From Dimorphilus gyrociliatus (Eukaryota; Animalia; Annelida), in NCBI GenBank assembly GCA_904063045.1, contig CAJFCJ010000014.1, positions 1,423,643 through 1,487,642 of the forward strand: DNA of 64,000 nucleotides. The letters are read 5' to 3'. Below, piece by piece: positions 39,901 through 54,547 of this stretch. The position numbers and the translations under genes are program-made. Under the pieces are notes generated by a model. That model was not told the DNA's origin. It saw only the letters and a list, made by a program, of their open reading frames with translations, and ran no database searches. Within the stretch, counting starts at the first letter, position 1, and each line of letters starts with the position of its first letter.

Positions 39901-41313
39901 ACCATGGGGTCTAACTTTGGCAATCCAAGAAATAATTTCAATGAAAACTCAAATTCATCCTCATCTCTGAGGACACCTTATGACGATGGAAGAATTGGTG
40001 ACGGAGTACAGTTTCTTGATGAAGTTGTTCCTACTCCTCCTATTTTCAAAAAACCTCCTCAACAAAATGTTGAGGTTATCGAAGTAAACGATGATCCTAT
40101 GACTGTCGATGATGATGTTATTGAAATACTTGAGGATAATAATCCTGCCAGCAAACAGTAATTTCAATTGAATAATTGTTAATGATTTCAAACTACAATA
40201 TTATTTTAACAAGGTCGTTAGAAAAAATGTCCGACGGTCTTGGATCTAGACGTTCTCCCTCATGTTCTTCAAATATTACAAATGATAGTTCTACAAATTC
40301 CCCATCATCAAATTCTGAGCCATCAGCTGTTGAAGAGAACGCTGACACATCCCTAACACAGTCACTATTGAATAAGTTGGATGTGACTTCAAAGAGTGAA
40401 GAAAAAGAAGAAATAAGTTTTGAAATTGATTGTGAAACTGCAGATAGCGCGCTACAGACATCACTACCTGACGAAAATCAGCAACCAAGCTTAAACTCCT
40501 CCAGAGCTACAAACAATATCTCCAATACGTCACATAATATATCTCAAGAGGAAAATTTATCATTTAACTCACCTTCAAAATCTGATGCTACACGTAGAGG
40601 AACTCCCTTGTCAGAAGTCAGACGCTCAACTCCAAAGTCTACTGCTTCTAACAAAGTAAACTCGGGTAATAGTTTTGCAGAAAATTCGACACCGGGATCA
40701 GAGGAAATTGAAAACATTTCAGAATCTGCTAAACATTCAGAGACACTTTCTACACCATTATCAGATAGATCTAATAGTTTCCATAACAGTTCAAGAGGAT
40801 CGGCAATGAGTAAATCATCCCCCAAATCTAACATAACTAATGAATCGAATAAATCGGCGAATAGCTCTATGAAATTAAGTCTAGATTTAGACTATGAAGA
40901 GAGCAGCGAATCTAGAAATGAGTCAATTCAGTCGAGCAATAAATCAGAGTTAGATTTTCAAGGATTTCAAAAATCTTTTGAATCTAAAACCTCAAATTCT
41001 GCCAGCAATGAAGCAGATTCAGGAGGAGATACAAATGACAGCGAAAGTAGTGATGATGTAATAGAGGGTAGTGATAGTGATACAGAAAGTAGCAAATATG
41101 ATAAATATTTGACAATGATTCAAAAGAGCCGGTAAGATTACTTTTAGTAAATATTAACTTTTGAAAGTTACAAATATTTTTTTTTCAAGAAATTTAAAGA
41201 AAGAGGGTAAATTGGCTGATGCTCTGGAAATTGCAAAAGAAGCTATACAAGTTTGGGATGGCGATATTAGAATAAAGTCATATATCAGTAAATTAACAGA
41301 AATGTTGAAATAG
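36928..41313 (+). CDS. ERCC6L: DNA excision repair protein ERCC-6-like (PICH), SNF2 translocase
   Basis: Contains [67 protein letters not shown] and TIEEKIYRRQIFK. Ser-rich linker with short TPR-like helices at both termini. Confidence 0.92.
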
Positions 41314-42064
41314 GTAATTGCAAGCCATATAAGTATATACTCAGTCCTCGTATAACAAACTGGACCTAAAATATTGGGTCGAATAGAGGTTAAGAAATGA
41401 TTTTTGACATTTAGATATTATACAAAAACAGATATTTGTCTGGAAACGGTAAAATTATTGTTTTACAATATAAATCTCTAGTTGAAAAATGCCTATCGAA
41501 AATTTGGGAAGAATGATTAATATCTTGAACTTTAATCGAAATATTATCTTATTTTGTTGAGAGCTTTCTTGTTTAAGGAGGCAGACTTCTCTAATCTCGT
41601 AAAATAACCATTCTTAAGACCATTATTTTCATCATTTTTTAGATATGTAAACAAATTTCTTAACTTTCTGAAAAGTCTAATCATGTGTTGCATAGCATTC
41701 TTCGACAACACTTCCTATAATGAGCACTGAGCATATATATTGATGACTATATGTACTGTATAGAAAATAATGGGTTCAGCAACTGAATAAAATTCAAAGA
41801 AATTTTATAATGTATATCTAAAGTTTTGTCACTTACCCTACTTGTTATATGTAAGATATAAGTTTAAAAATACAAATTAATATTCCTTTTTGATAATTAA
41901 ATAATTGACGCTCGATTATCTATTTTCTAAAGAAAAATGATGCTTTAATAAATTCAGATAAACCAAATTTATTATTGATTTTAATAGGAATAAATTATCC
42001 CAATCATGTAATCAGTTTAACTATTATTTAAAGATTGTTCAGAAATTAATTTATTAATTGTTCA

Positions 42065-43374
42065 TTATAACGCCTCTGTCATCTCAGGTACTGCTTTAAA
42101 TAAATCAGCTACTAATCCATAGTCTGCGACTTGAAAAATGGGAGCTTCTGCGTCTTTATTAATAGCTACGATGACCTTTGAATCTTTCATACCGGCTAAA
42201 TGTTGAATGGCCCCACTAATTCCAACGGCTATGTATAATTGAGGAGCAACAATTTTGCCTGTTTGACCAACTTGCATGTCATTAGGTACAAAACCAGCAT
42301 CTACTGCAGCTCTTGAAGCTCCAACTGCTGCGTTTAGTTTATCAGCCAATTTGTAAAGTAGCTCAAAATTTTCTCCGTTCTTCATTCCTCTTCCACCAGA
42401 TATAACTGTCTTAGCACTCGTTAATTCTGGTCGATCGCTTTTAGTTAATTCAGCTCCCACCCATTTTGTCAAGTCATTAGAAACGGATGCACTAAAATTT
42501 TCGACAGATGCAGATCCACCTTCAGGTGCTGGGTCGAAGGAGGTACCTCTAACTGATAGAACTTTTACAGCGTCCAAGGACTTCACGGTTTGAACGGCAT
42601 TTCCAGCGTAGATTGTTCTAACGAAGGTATCTTTATCTTTAATTCCTATTATATCAGATACAGGAGAAACATCAAGTTTCGCTGCAATTCTTGGAATAAC
42701 GTTCTAAATAAAAAGCAAAATTAGATCATAATACGTGATTTTAATAATGAAAACAAACTTTTCCGAAAGCGGAAGCTCCGGCAACAATATGGGAAAATTT
42801 AAATTGGTTATGGGCTTCCAAAACAAGTGGAGTTATAGATTCTAAAGTAAAAATGATTCTTTTTACTACTCTTCTTTATTCAAATATATATCATTAAATG
42901 TTTACCTGGAAGTAGCCCTTTGAAAGTAGCGTTGTCCGAAACAAGGACTTTCGAAACTCCATCGATCTTACTAACTTCTTCAGCAATCTAAAGTGTATAT
43001 AAGGGCAAATTATATGCATTTGAGTATAAATTAAGTGATTTTTGCAATAATTTTTAATATATTTAATGAAAATTTAAGAGCTCTAATTTCTCACATTTGC
43101 ACACTGTTCTCCGGCTACCAAACAAGACACATCACCAAATTGCTTAGCTGCCGTAATGGCATTCAGTGTGATGGGAGTAAGTTTACCATCAGCGTGCTCA
43201 CCAATGACTAAAGTTGACTGCCATCTCATAGAAGGTCTTTTCTGAAATCAAAGGGCAAACGACAATGAGTGATATTAAGTCAACTTCTAAATTGTGACTT
43301 AAAAATCACTAATTAACATTTATACTTACTAAATTGTCAAGACATAAACGGCGGAAAATTGGATTGGCAAACAT
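42065..43374 (-). CDS. ETFA: Electron transfer flavoprotein alpha subunit
   Basis: Mitochondrial-type leader [39 protein letters not shown] and [33 protein letters not shown]. Confidence 0.97.
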
Positions 43375-44380
43375 ATTTAAGATTTTAAAGATTAAATGAA
43401 AATATTTAATGAATAGGAGACAAAATAGGTTATTGTTGATTATTAGAGGAGAGAAGCTGGTAAGAGGTCACCGAACGTTTTGTATATTATCGCCCAAGAG
43501 TATTAAATATCAATATAGCAGTTTTTAAAACTCAATTTTTAGATATAAATAAGGAAAAAAATTATAATAAAAATACAAAGCAACTGGGCGTAATTTTACA
43601 AAACTTAAGCAAATTTTACAATAGTTTTCTAAAATAAAACGAAAATCTATATCTTTTCTAAAAATATCCAATAAAGAATCAAAACTTTATAAAATAATAT
43701 AAAATGAAAGTAAAAATGTATTATTTTTCACTAATTAATAAAAAAACAACTATTCTAATAAACTTTTTCTTAATGGTAAAGGCCTATAGTTACTAGGAAT
43801 GTTTTACGTCGCAACATCTTTGGCGTATGCCATCATTGCGTTGCTGCCAGTCTCACATATTCTGTATTACTTTTTTTGACTGAAGTCAAATTAGTGTAAT
43901 TGAATTTATAATTTTAATCTGGTAAGTCTATTCTTAATTTTAATATTAATCTCATATAAGAAAGTAAGGAGGGAAAACGTTATTTTTAAGGAGAATAACT
44001 TTTTAGTGAGCGATAATAAATAAATATTGAATATTCTCTTCTTAAAATTATAATCTAGGCAATTGATAGAGTAAGATTAAGTAAAATGAATAGCGAATGA
44101 TATTATATAAACTTTATAGCTGTAATTTCCTTAGGAAAAATAGATTTTAATTATTTGATTACATATTATTTGTTGAGCTCTTTCCAAACTGTATATTACA
44201 ACAGAAACAGACAAAAGTTACAATCAATCAATTCTTTTAAAACTGTGTAAGCAGTATTCAATATCTAAAAGTAATACAGTTCATAATTTTTCATTGATGT
44301 TGTCTAAAAATACTTAATTTCTTCAGGTTCATAATGAACTAATGGAGGAAAACTAAAACATTCTTTCTTGAAAGAATAAA

Positions 44381-47300
44381 ATGGAAATAAACTCTCAGAG
44401 TAAGTTCTGTTGTACACTTTTTTACTATAATATAAATATTAATATTGTATAAACTGCATATGCTCATATATAGATAACACTGTTGAAGAGAGATTGCAGG
44501 ATACAGTATGCAAACTATTAGATAAATTGATAAGCCAGAAAAAGGAAGAAGTCTATAAAATTGATCATGTGTATATTTATACTTTTCTCTTTGCTATATA
44601 GCTTTTACTTACTCTGTTTTTATTTTTAATTGTTTGAAGGGAGTACGAGAGTGTAAAGAAACTTTGGAAAAAGTCAAATATAAATGCGTCTTGAAATATT
44701 ATCCCTCAAGGTGGTCCGATCTTGGCAAGAGGGTATGATCGCTATATGCTATTAAAAGATTATTATCTTCTATAGAGAATACTCATTTACATTGTTATTT
44801 TTTAATTAGGAAGAAAATGATAGATTAGAAAAAAAAGAACAGTTCCTTCTTCATCCAACTGTGAAAAGATATCTTCATAAAAAGCCAAAAAATTGGTATA
44901 TTGATTCTGAAGAGTGTTTAAATACTTTTGATTGTTTGAAGAGACAGGTAGTTATGCAAATAATTTAATCAATTACCTAAAAAAAAGCTTATATTACTTT
45001 TTTATACAGACCTTACCCGATAAATTATCAACAGCAGATAACGATGAATCGAAAACGGAGGCAGACACCCATGAAGGATCTAGATTTTCCAAATTTAATC
45101 TTAAGAAAAAAATTATAGTTGGAAATTTATCAAGGTATTTTTTAGTTTATATTAATAAATGTTGTTATTTATGAAAAGTTCCTTTAATACTCTTTGAAAT
45201 TCTTTATTAATGAATAATATACTTTATCTTAAAGATTTCTTCTCGAAGAAGATAATCCGTCTGATAATGCAACACATAAATGGATGGTATATGTAAGAAC
45301 ACCACCAAACGAGAAAAAGTTGGAAACTTTTGTAAAAAGCGTTACTTTTTATCTACACGAAAGTTACGCACCAAATACTGAAGTTGTTATAAAGTAGGCA
45401 GAAATTAAAATATTCAAAATTATTATTGCTAGCTAAACCTTTACTCCTTTTTTTAGTAATCCACCATTTAATGTTACTAGAAGAGGTTGGGGAGAATTTC
45501 ACCTAAAAGTGTTATTAAAGTTTAAAGATGAGAAAAATAAACCGATACTATTGCATCACAAAATTAAATTAGACAAAACTCTCTCAGGTTTACAGACAAC
45601 AGGAAATGAAACTGTACTTATTTCTTCAATATTTTAATATTTTCAAATTTATACTTATGCTCATATTTATGTTTTCAAAGACTACAACAATTGAATTGGA
45701 ATCTCCTGGTTTTGATGATATTAAAACTGAAAAGAATGATAATAATACTGAGTTATCTGATAATAATGAAGTATTTATTAAATTTTTTATTAGTTTATAT
45801 TCCATTAATATCGTCAATCTAACTTGGTATTTCATTAAATTTTTTCAGTATAATGATAAAGAATTTGATGAATTTAGCAATATTAGAATTAAGGAAGAAG
45901 TTCCAGAGTCTACTGAAAGAGTTATAGAAGATATGGATATTAATATAACGGTTTTTTTTCAAGTAATTCTAGTTTCTTCTCTATCTTGTTTTCTCCAATA
46001 GGAATCCGCTATAGAATCTTCATCGATAAATGTTGAAAATATCAAAAAGGAAGTCATAGACGACCTTTCAATTACTACTTCATACACTTCTCCAGTCGAA
46101 AATGCTCCGTGTATAAAAACAGAAAAAGACGATTCACAGGATTATACAGCTGCAATAAATTGGAATAATTCATTAACATCTGCTAAGAGCCCTCAAATAA
46201 AAAATTCCAATCGAAGAAAGAATACGTCTCCCTTATCGAATTTTCCTCAAATAAAGAAAATTTGCATACTTAATAGCGATTTGAGAGTTAAAGAGAGAAG
46301 AGAGGAGAAGATTGTGAAGGTTGGATCTACTAATCCAAGATCAATTCTTAAAAGCAATTTGGTCTTTTCACTTTCTGGTCCAGAAGGAGTTATTACTGAA
46401 GAAGAACCTTTGTGGATGAAGACAATTCAGTTTGTAATTCTATTAACAACCTACAAAAATTAATAAATCGTTTATCTTTTAGTTTAAATAATTATCCTAA
46501 TTTGGAAACATTAATCAATATGATTGCTCGAAAATTTCCTCTTATTGCGGAAACGTTTAGTGGTAATCGTGTATTTTCAAATGACTTTAAAATATTTTTG
46601 AAATATTTAACTCATATAGATAAGCCATTATGCTCATACCAAGCTAGCAGTATTTCTGAGTATCTTTCGTGGCCTATCGGGAAAAGGAGAGCATGCGAGG
46701 TTAGTTTTTTCTATTCTTAGCACCATTTCTTGGAATAAAATTTATCTCCTATTTAAATGACATTGCAGAGATTTAGAGCCTATGAAATTCGTCGCTGTGT
46801 TAGAAGCTTGTTAGGAAATAAGGATATTTTTCATAAAGAAATTTTATGGACTAATTCAAAAATTCTCAAATATCTTAGGCAACATGGTTTTACATTTTTA
46901 GACTCTGGTTTGTGTTTCCTTATTCTTTATTCTATATGGATTTTTTATTAACTGTATATACTGTATAAGTAATAAATATTTTATGTTTTAATAGAATATT
47001 TGTCATTTATAAAACGTGTGCGAGTTTCTGAAAGGGAGACTAACGCAGAATTTCGTACATGGACACCATCAAACACTATCATGGATAACTTGAAAAAGAG
47101 TTCACATTTGGCAAACACCTCTACTTTAAATAACCTATCTTATCGTAATATTTCATTAAATGTTCACGATTCTGATGATGAAGATATAGACATTGTAAAC
47201 GTGGCTGAAAACGGTATGAAAATGAACAAACAAATAATTATGAAAGAAAACAGAATTTTTTAGCATATTTTTAATCCAATTAGATTCTCCTAAAAAGATG

Positions 47301-47829
47301 ATTGCATTAAATTATAGTCGAGAAAAAACTTCAAAAGATGAGTTATCAGAGATGAGTAAAGAAGCTGCGTTCGTTCATCATCAAGCGGAATTAGTAATAT
47401 AATTTTCTATTCCTTATACATATATTTGCCTTATATATATTTATATGTCTTTAGATTGGGATCAGACTTAAATCTGTTCAAGTTGGAAAAACAAAAAGTA
47501 CTGGTTTGACTGAAGAAATTATTTTCAAGGTTAAAAGCATATTTTAATATATCAATATATTTTTGATTCAGTTTTATTTCTCTTTCATAAATTATAGTCT
47601 GCAACTTTACTCATGGAAGATCTAGTTAGGAAATCATTAGCAGTGGCACTTGCTCAGAATCAGTAAGTCATAACAGCCTAATTAAAAAATATATACCGCT
47701 TATAATATTTTCTTTTCTTACAGAAATGACCTAGATATAAATAGTCAAACTGTTCAAGCTGTTTTAAAATCTGAAGATAAATTTGATCTATTTACCAATG
47801 CTGGTAGTGGTATAATAGTTGAAAACTAG
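44381..47829 (+). CDS. YEATS2: YEATS domain-containing protein 2 (compact form)
   Basis: Contains KKKIIVGNLS, THKWMVYVR, FYLHESYAPN, RRGWGEF, KLDKTLSGLQTTGNET, LSWPIGKRRACE, LRQHGF and a C-terminal segment ending GIIVEN. Many short exons; start inferred. Confidence 0.9.
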
Positions 47830-48268
47830 AATGTAAAAGAATGTAAAATTTTTGTTTACGATTTCCTTTTGTTTAAAGATAAATAATAATTGAAAAAAAG
47901 GGTGATATAAACGAAAAAATCAACAATTGATTAAGCGATTAAGTATAATATAGCTTTATCTATTAATAAGAAGAAACGACTGGCCGTTCCTAAGAATTTA
48001 ACTTTTGTAATAAATCCAACACCAATTTGTTGATGGAGCTATCGATCTGAGAGGAAACTCCTCGTCTCACTTTTTCCTATGCAAAGTAAAAAGGAAATTT
48101 ATGCAAATAAAGGGTTGTTCGTTTTAATTCGAGAAGACTTACTTCTTCGAAAGCTTTTGAGCTTTGAGCATGAGAAAGAGCCTCTTCGGTCTTATTTAGT
48201 TTATCACAAATAACAGCTAATAGGTAATACGTCTTACTGTCAGCTAGATCAGGAATCTTGGAGGCTGC

Positions 48269-50568
48269 TCAATTAGAATGTTTATCTTTTTTCATTCGAC
48301 TAGATGCTATATTTAACAAATATAACAATTGTTAATTACCTTCGATAAGTAGTTCATATGCCTCCTCAAGCAGATCGGGGCAATCATCCTACATGACAAG
48401 AAAAGGGTATATTTTAGAAAAACTTGTTAGATATCATTCATAAAGAAATCACTGACCGCTTCATTAAGCTTTAAAATAGTTGACGCTAAATTCTGTCTAA
48501 ATGTTACACATAGCACGTTCATCTCTGCTACAACCTTTTCCCTTACATACTCTAGTTCTTCAGTATTACGTAGAGTTCTCATTCCCAAGTTGTATACATT
48601 TTCTGATATATCCATATAATCTTCCCTTAAAAGACACGAACTACCGATTTTAGCACAAATTCTGGCAACGTGCAACAATAAAAGCTACAAAATTGTTTGA
48701 AATAAATAAAAACTGTTATTTCAAAGGGGAAAGAAGTAAAATAAACTTTAGTAAGATTTTTCTAACCTCCTTATAGTCTTCATTCAATCTATCATAAAAT
48801 AGATCAAACAACGTCAATACTTGATGTTCATACCTCGGAGACAGGAGCATAAGTCTAACAACGGCGCAAAAATTGATAACCTAAAAACAAATGTTCAATC
48901 ATCTTCAATAAATTGCTAAATTTCTTTAGAATATTTAGAAACTTAACAGTATATTTCATTGCGCAATTATCATTCCAGAATGCTAACTTTGCAGGAGTAG
49001 AATTTATATGATAAGTATAATCAATCTCTTGCCTAATTTCTTCATCAATACACGAACAATTAATTAATGATAACCAATTGAAAAATTCTATATGACCAAT
49101 ACAATATTTTAATCTATTATTAGTAAATTCCGAAACGGAAGGTTTAAAGAGCAGCATCGACTTAAGCCAAAATGAGACTTTATGAATGAACTATTATTAT
49201 TGAATGAATAAAAATGATATTAGGAGAAACAAATACAAATTAATTAACCTTATTATCGTTTTTTTTCCATCTTCTTTCAGTACTAAATTTTCTTAAATAT
49301 TTATCAAATTTATCAATTTTCTCATCAAGTAAAGCATCGCTATCCGACTAAAAGAATATTAAAAGTTGGTTAAGGTTAAAGCAGTGAGAGGATAATCCAA
49401 TAATTACTTTATGGTCTTTAGCCAACTTTAAATATCTTCGAGACATTTCGAGTTGATTAGCTTCTTTCCATAAAACAGCCATAAAATATTGTACTTTTCT
49501 ATATACTTTATAATTTTTCTTTACGTGAAATGAAGCTATTTTTAAAAAAATAAAGTTTATTTTATTAATAATAGTGAAAAAATTTAGGTGAATATTTAAT
49601 TACCATAATAGCAATGGACTAGCATACTTTTCCAGGTATCTAACTGTTTTGACTATATATATATATGTATTTGAAGAATAATATTCTATCATTATTATCT
49701 ATTAGTTAGAAAATATATATATTATTTATATATATGCTTGTTTACCTTTCGATAGATTTTAAACATCATATAAGCGTTATTATAAGATAGTATTGCAGCT
49801 AATTCGCTTTGTTCACGGGTTAACGTTTCAACTCTTAAATATTTATAAAAGTGTTCGGCAATCATATGAGCCGTTGCGTAAAGATATAATGCCCAACTTG
49901 AAAGTTTCATATTCATTAACTCTTTTCCAATCTCTAAGAATATTCTTATCCATGAAAATACAACATCAACATCTACTAAATTATAACAAAAATTTCCGTA
50001 ATACTGCAAAAAATCTTGATGAAAAATTTGATTAGCTTTCAGTATACATTTCCTTCTTATATAACTTCTAACAAGAACTTCCTATTTAATATGTAAATAA
50101 AAAAAGTGATAGAACTCAATTAGATCTATATATACAGTATATACAGTATAATTTATATACTGTATATATTTATATTGGTAAGAAAGAATGAATAAATGAT
50201 TGGTTCTAGTCTTACCTTTATCTGATTGTTAGGTGAATCATATTGAACAACTTCTGAACCAATGTCTTCTACCATGGAAAAAGCTCTATCAACGAATGAT
50301 ATAACTCTTACATTATATTTTGTATCAATGTAATAGCTTTCCAATAAGAGATAATTTTCCCAACAGATTTCTAATCCTCTTGTTGAGAGGATAAAATCTT
50401 CAACAGAAGGTGTATAACTCATAACTGCACATCTTAAATACCATTCCATAGGTCTTTTTAATAGCTTTAGAACTTTAGTCATCCATTCTTTCTGTTTATT
50501 TATTTATTTTAATAAATTAGATGTAGACTATTGTTAAAATTTTTACTTACATTGTACTCTTCAAGCAT
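48269..50568 (-). CDS. Helical-repeat protein, possibly a very divergent KIF-binding protein (KIFBP/KBP) family member
   Basis: About 11 exons joined in one frame through canonical sites. Segments WENYLLLESYYI, GHIEF, EIDYTY, LFDLFYDRLNED and LHVARICAKI line up loosely and in order with remembered KIFBP motifs. The 3' end is ambiguous. Confidence 0.5.
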
Positions 50569-50948
50569 TGCTAAAGAATGAAATATACGAAATTATGTAT
50601 TGCCGAAATTGCAGTGAAGCCGGTTTATTTAATAAGACTGTAGACAACTTTCAATTTTATATTTATATCTCGGAATAAGTACCTTGCTAGTCACGTGAAA
50701 TTTTTTCAAAAGAAGTAACACTTCCAGAAAGTAGAGTCAAATTAAGCGGATATCATTAATTATTCTATAATTATTCATTTGACACTACTCACTATTTGAA
50801 ACTTAATACCTCTAACGTTAATCTTATTGAAACTCATAACAATGAGCATTTATTTACATTTTTCAACATTAAATTATACTAGTTTGTTAAAGCGAATGTA
50901 TTATGGATAGAAAAAACCAACAAATATTAAACGAGTTATTAGATTACT

Positions 50949-53630
50949 TTATTGTGACTTTTTACACTCCTTCTTTAAATTTGTTAAGTCGTTAAATACT
51001 TGTCTGTTCAAACAAGCGGCAGCAGTAATAACTCCTCCCATTGCTGCTCCAACCAAACCAGCTGAGAAAAGATCTTGACCAGTAATATACAAGCCAGGAA
51101 CGCCAATGTCTGGTCGAAGATTCATTGCAACTTCTGCCGAAGCAAATCTCTTCATATTGTGATCTAAACCATAAGTTTCACCTTCTAAAGCTCCAATGTA
51201 AAAATTATTCGATAAAGGTGTTCCAAGGTCCATGTATTCAACACAATCTTTTAGTTGAGGGTATAGTGCGAGAACTTGCTTCCACATTTTCTCTTTCATG
51301 AGTTCCTTCTTTTCCTCATAAACTCCACCTCTGTGTTTAACTCTTTCGTCTTTCCAGCTACTGAACCAATCCCATTTTGCCATAGTAATAACAGTACATG
51401 TCGTCTTTCCTGGATATCTCTTTTGATGAGCTGGATCCTTTGCGGATGGGAAACCAATAAAAAGAAGGGGGAAATCTCCGTCCAAGAAATCTTCCTCACT
51501 CTTGTTATAATATTCTCTAACTTCCTTATTTACGTCAGCGTTAGTGTAAGCCCAAATATTTTGGCCTTTAATTCCTAATTCTTTGGACGAACCCTTCAAA
51601 CCAACGAATAAGGATAGACAACCCATACCAGCTTTGATATGTTTATTTGTCATAGATTTATATAGCGGACTTTTAACAGCCACTTCATTATCTAATAACT
51701 TATGCAGAGTGTTGTTAATTCCGGCATCGGATATGATAATGGGGGCTTTCAAATCTATATCACCACCAGTTTTAGATATTCTAACGCCATTGGCTTTGCC
51801 CATGGAGTCTACTAGAATTTTGGATACAGGCGCCCTCACCAAGACTTTTCCACCACTTTTTTCAATAGTTGGAATAATATGGAATGCTATCTCACTGGCG
51901 CCACCGAGAGGATAAAACGCTCCGTATAAATAGTGATTTGCTAAAACAGCCTGCATTGCCCAAGAAGCTTCGTCAGGAAGAGTACCATAGTCACCAAAGT
52001 TGTAAGCAAATATTAATTGTAAGTCCTTGTTGTTAGTGAGACTTTCAACAACTTGTTGAACACTTTTCGAAGAAATCTTTTTAAAATATGGTGACATATA
52101 GTGAATTAGACCAAGTTTAATAAGTATCTTTGCAATAAATTTAGGGAATGCTTTAACCATGATAAATCCCATCATACTCCTTCTAGCTTCTACTAGTAGT
52201 TTCAAATAGCCATCAATAGCTTTTTCTTCCTTTGGAAAATGTTTTAAAAGTGCCTGCTTGTAAGCATCTTTATTGGACAATATCGAGTACAATTTTTGCT
52301 CTCCAGGTTTTCCTATAGCAACCTTATCATATTCTTGATCGAGAGGTGTCCATTGCAATTGACCTTGAGTTATTTGATCAAAGAGGAATCGAACAATCGT
52401 ATTCTCTTGCATTTCACCAATATAATGAATACCAACGTCAAATTCATATCCGTCTTCAACAAAGGTATGACAACATCCACCAGCTTGATCGTGTTGTTCT
52501 AAAACCAATACTTTTTTGCCAGCCTGTACAAACAATCAAGTTCAATTTAAATGTTTCTTGCTTTCATTCCCATATACATTAACATTAGATAAGAGAATTA
52601 AAATAAAACTCAATTTATATATATTTTTCTAATTAGTAAAAGTACTAAAAAAGTTTGTTTTTCAAGGTTATACAATTAAATAACTAAATTAACTTTATTC
52701 TCGGTAATATATTAATGTAATTTATTATTTTATCTAAAGCTTTCAAGTAATTTCTATATAAATTAGAATAAATCATTAATGGAAAATTTGTGCCGTACTA
52801 TATACAGTGTATAACATTTATACGTATACACATAAACATGTTTTTATACGTATATACAAAAGTTCTATTTATATAATATTGATATATGTTCTATCGGTTC
52901 CAGGTATCTTCTTTTGTCTAAAAAGATTCTTAAAAACTGATAAAAATAGAATATTTATTCAACAAGCTCAATCCTATTTCAATGATTCAACAGTTTTTTA
53001 AAAATATAATCTCCTACTTGAACTTTGAACGACTTGAAAAGTTATCATAAGAATAAGATTGTTATTATCTAATGGAAAAACTTGTTTTTTACGCGATAAT
53101 TTTCGTAGAAAAATACGTAAACTTGTGTTTGGATAGAACAATGAAATAAAACGTTCGATAGAATCATTGAAAATTCGAATAGTTTCGGAAAATCTTTTAC
53201 AAATATCCATACAATCTATACAAATATTACATTAATATTATATTTATAAATTTATTATTACCTTTGCTAGAATACTTGCTGTTGTAAGACCTCCAATACC
53301 ACTCCCAATAACTATGGCATCGTACGAAGAGTCGAGCTTCTTTGCGGCAAATCCTAAAAAATTTTATTGCATTGAAATCTTTCAACTAAAAATTGAAAGA
53401 AAGAAATTTATTGAACGTTTACCTTGTTTAAGTATTTTGTCCCTCTTTGCTTGATCAATAACCAATTCGGCAGGTTTTTTTCGAGCATCGAATTTAAAAG
53501 GATTCTTGCCCGATTTATTTCTACTCATAAATATAGACAGAAGAAATAGAACAACATATACAAGGATTCCCAGAATTAAATATAAAGGATTTGATGCCAA
53601 GAAGTCAATAGCTTGCGTTATGATCCCCAT
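50949..53630 (-). CDS. RETSAT: All-trans-retinol 13,14-reductase-like FAD oxidoreductase
   Basis: Exons 53630-53423, 53353-53262 and 52523-50949. Has an N-terminal TM, the Rossmann motif DAIVIGSGIGGL, VLEQHDQAGGCCHTF..GYEFDVGIHYIG, YPLGGASEIA and PGLYITGQD. Confidence 0.93.
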
Positions 53631-54547
53631 CCTTATTTATTACCTTGAAAATCTATAATTAATTTCGAGTAATCAGTTTGAAAGCCAATGCTTTACTTAT
53701 ATAAGTAATTTATTTTGACCTTCGTCGTCTGCTAGCACACTAGCATTTGAATACCGGTATTGCCAATCAGAGGTATATAAATGTTTTGAATCGATAAAAA
53801 TAAGCCTATGAAATTTGGTACAGGTCAGCCGGCTCCTTGACCTTTCATAATCGGCTGTCTACTCAATATAGTAAAATTAATTATCTTAAGTGCGTTTGAT
53901 TCTCTATTACCCAACTATAACTTTTCGAAAGCTACTGTTCTTTGGACTCTTTTACTTTTAGCCTTTGATTGATTGCAAAGTAATTGTAATATTGTGGTAT
54001 CGTTCAGCAGAATTAATAAACATAAATGTGTTAATTATTTTTTACAAGAAATGGATTGTTTTATACGAGAGATTTGCAAATATTTCACTTCAAATCTTAA
54101 AGAAAAATTCTCCCATCCAAGATAAATAAATACGCAAATTGTTAAAAAATATATCATTTAAAAATACAATCAAAGGAAATTTTTATTAAAATATTTTAAA
54201 AAATTTTTGTATTCGAATATGTGAAATGAACAGAATGAAATAAATTTCAAAGGATAAAATGCCCGAATGCAACCAAAAAAAACCCAAAGATTTCGTCTGC
54301 TTTCAACCAATTAGCATTGAGTATTTATTTCCTGCGTCGAATGGTTTTTAAGGATGTTTTGAAGACATAGAATTTGTCTATTAAAATCTAAACGAAGAAT
54401 AAGTAACACATTACTCACACACTTCGCTTTAAAATGTGTGTATTAAAATATATAGCCATTTATACGTGACTATTTCTAAACCTTCATGCAATTGCAGAAA
54501 ACATCTGATTTTCGTCCAATTCAACAAATTTATATCGTGTGGATTAA

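Noticed and set aside
6862-49494. Frequent AAG 3' splice sites (e.g. 6862, 22134, 23172, 26750, 29556, 31016, 35573, 41189, 44639, 49494)
   Set aside because: About ten of roughly a hundred introns, which is plausibly explained by AT-richness. Useful for gene modelling but not clearly anomalous.
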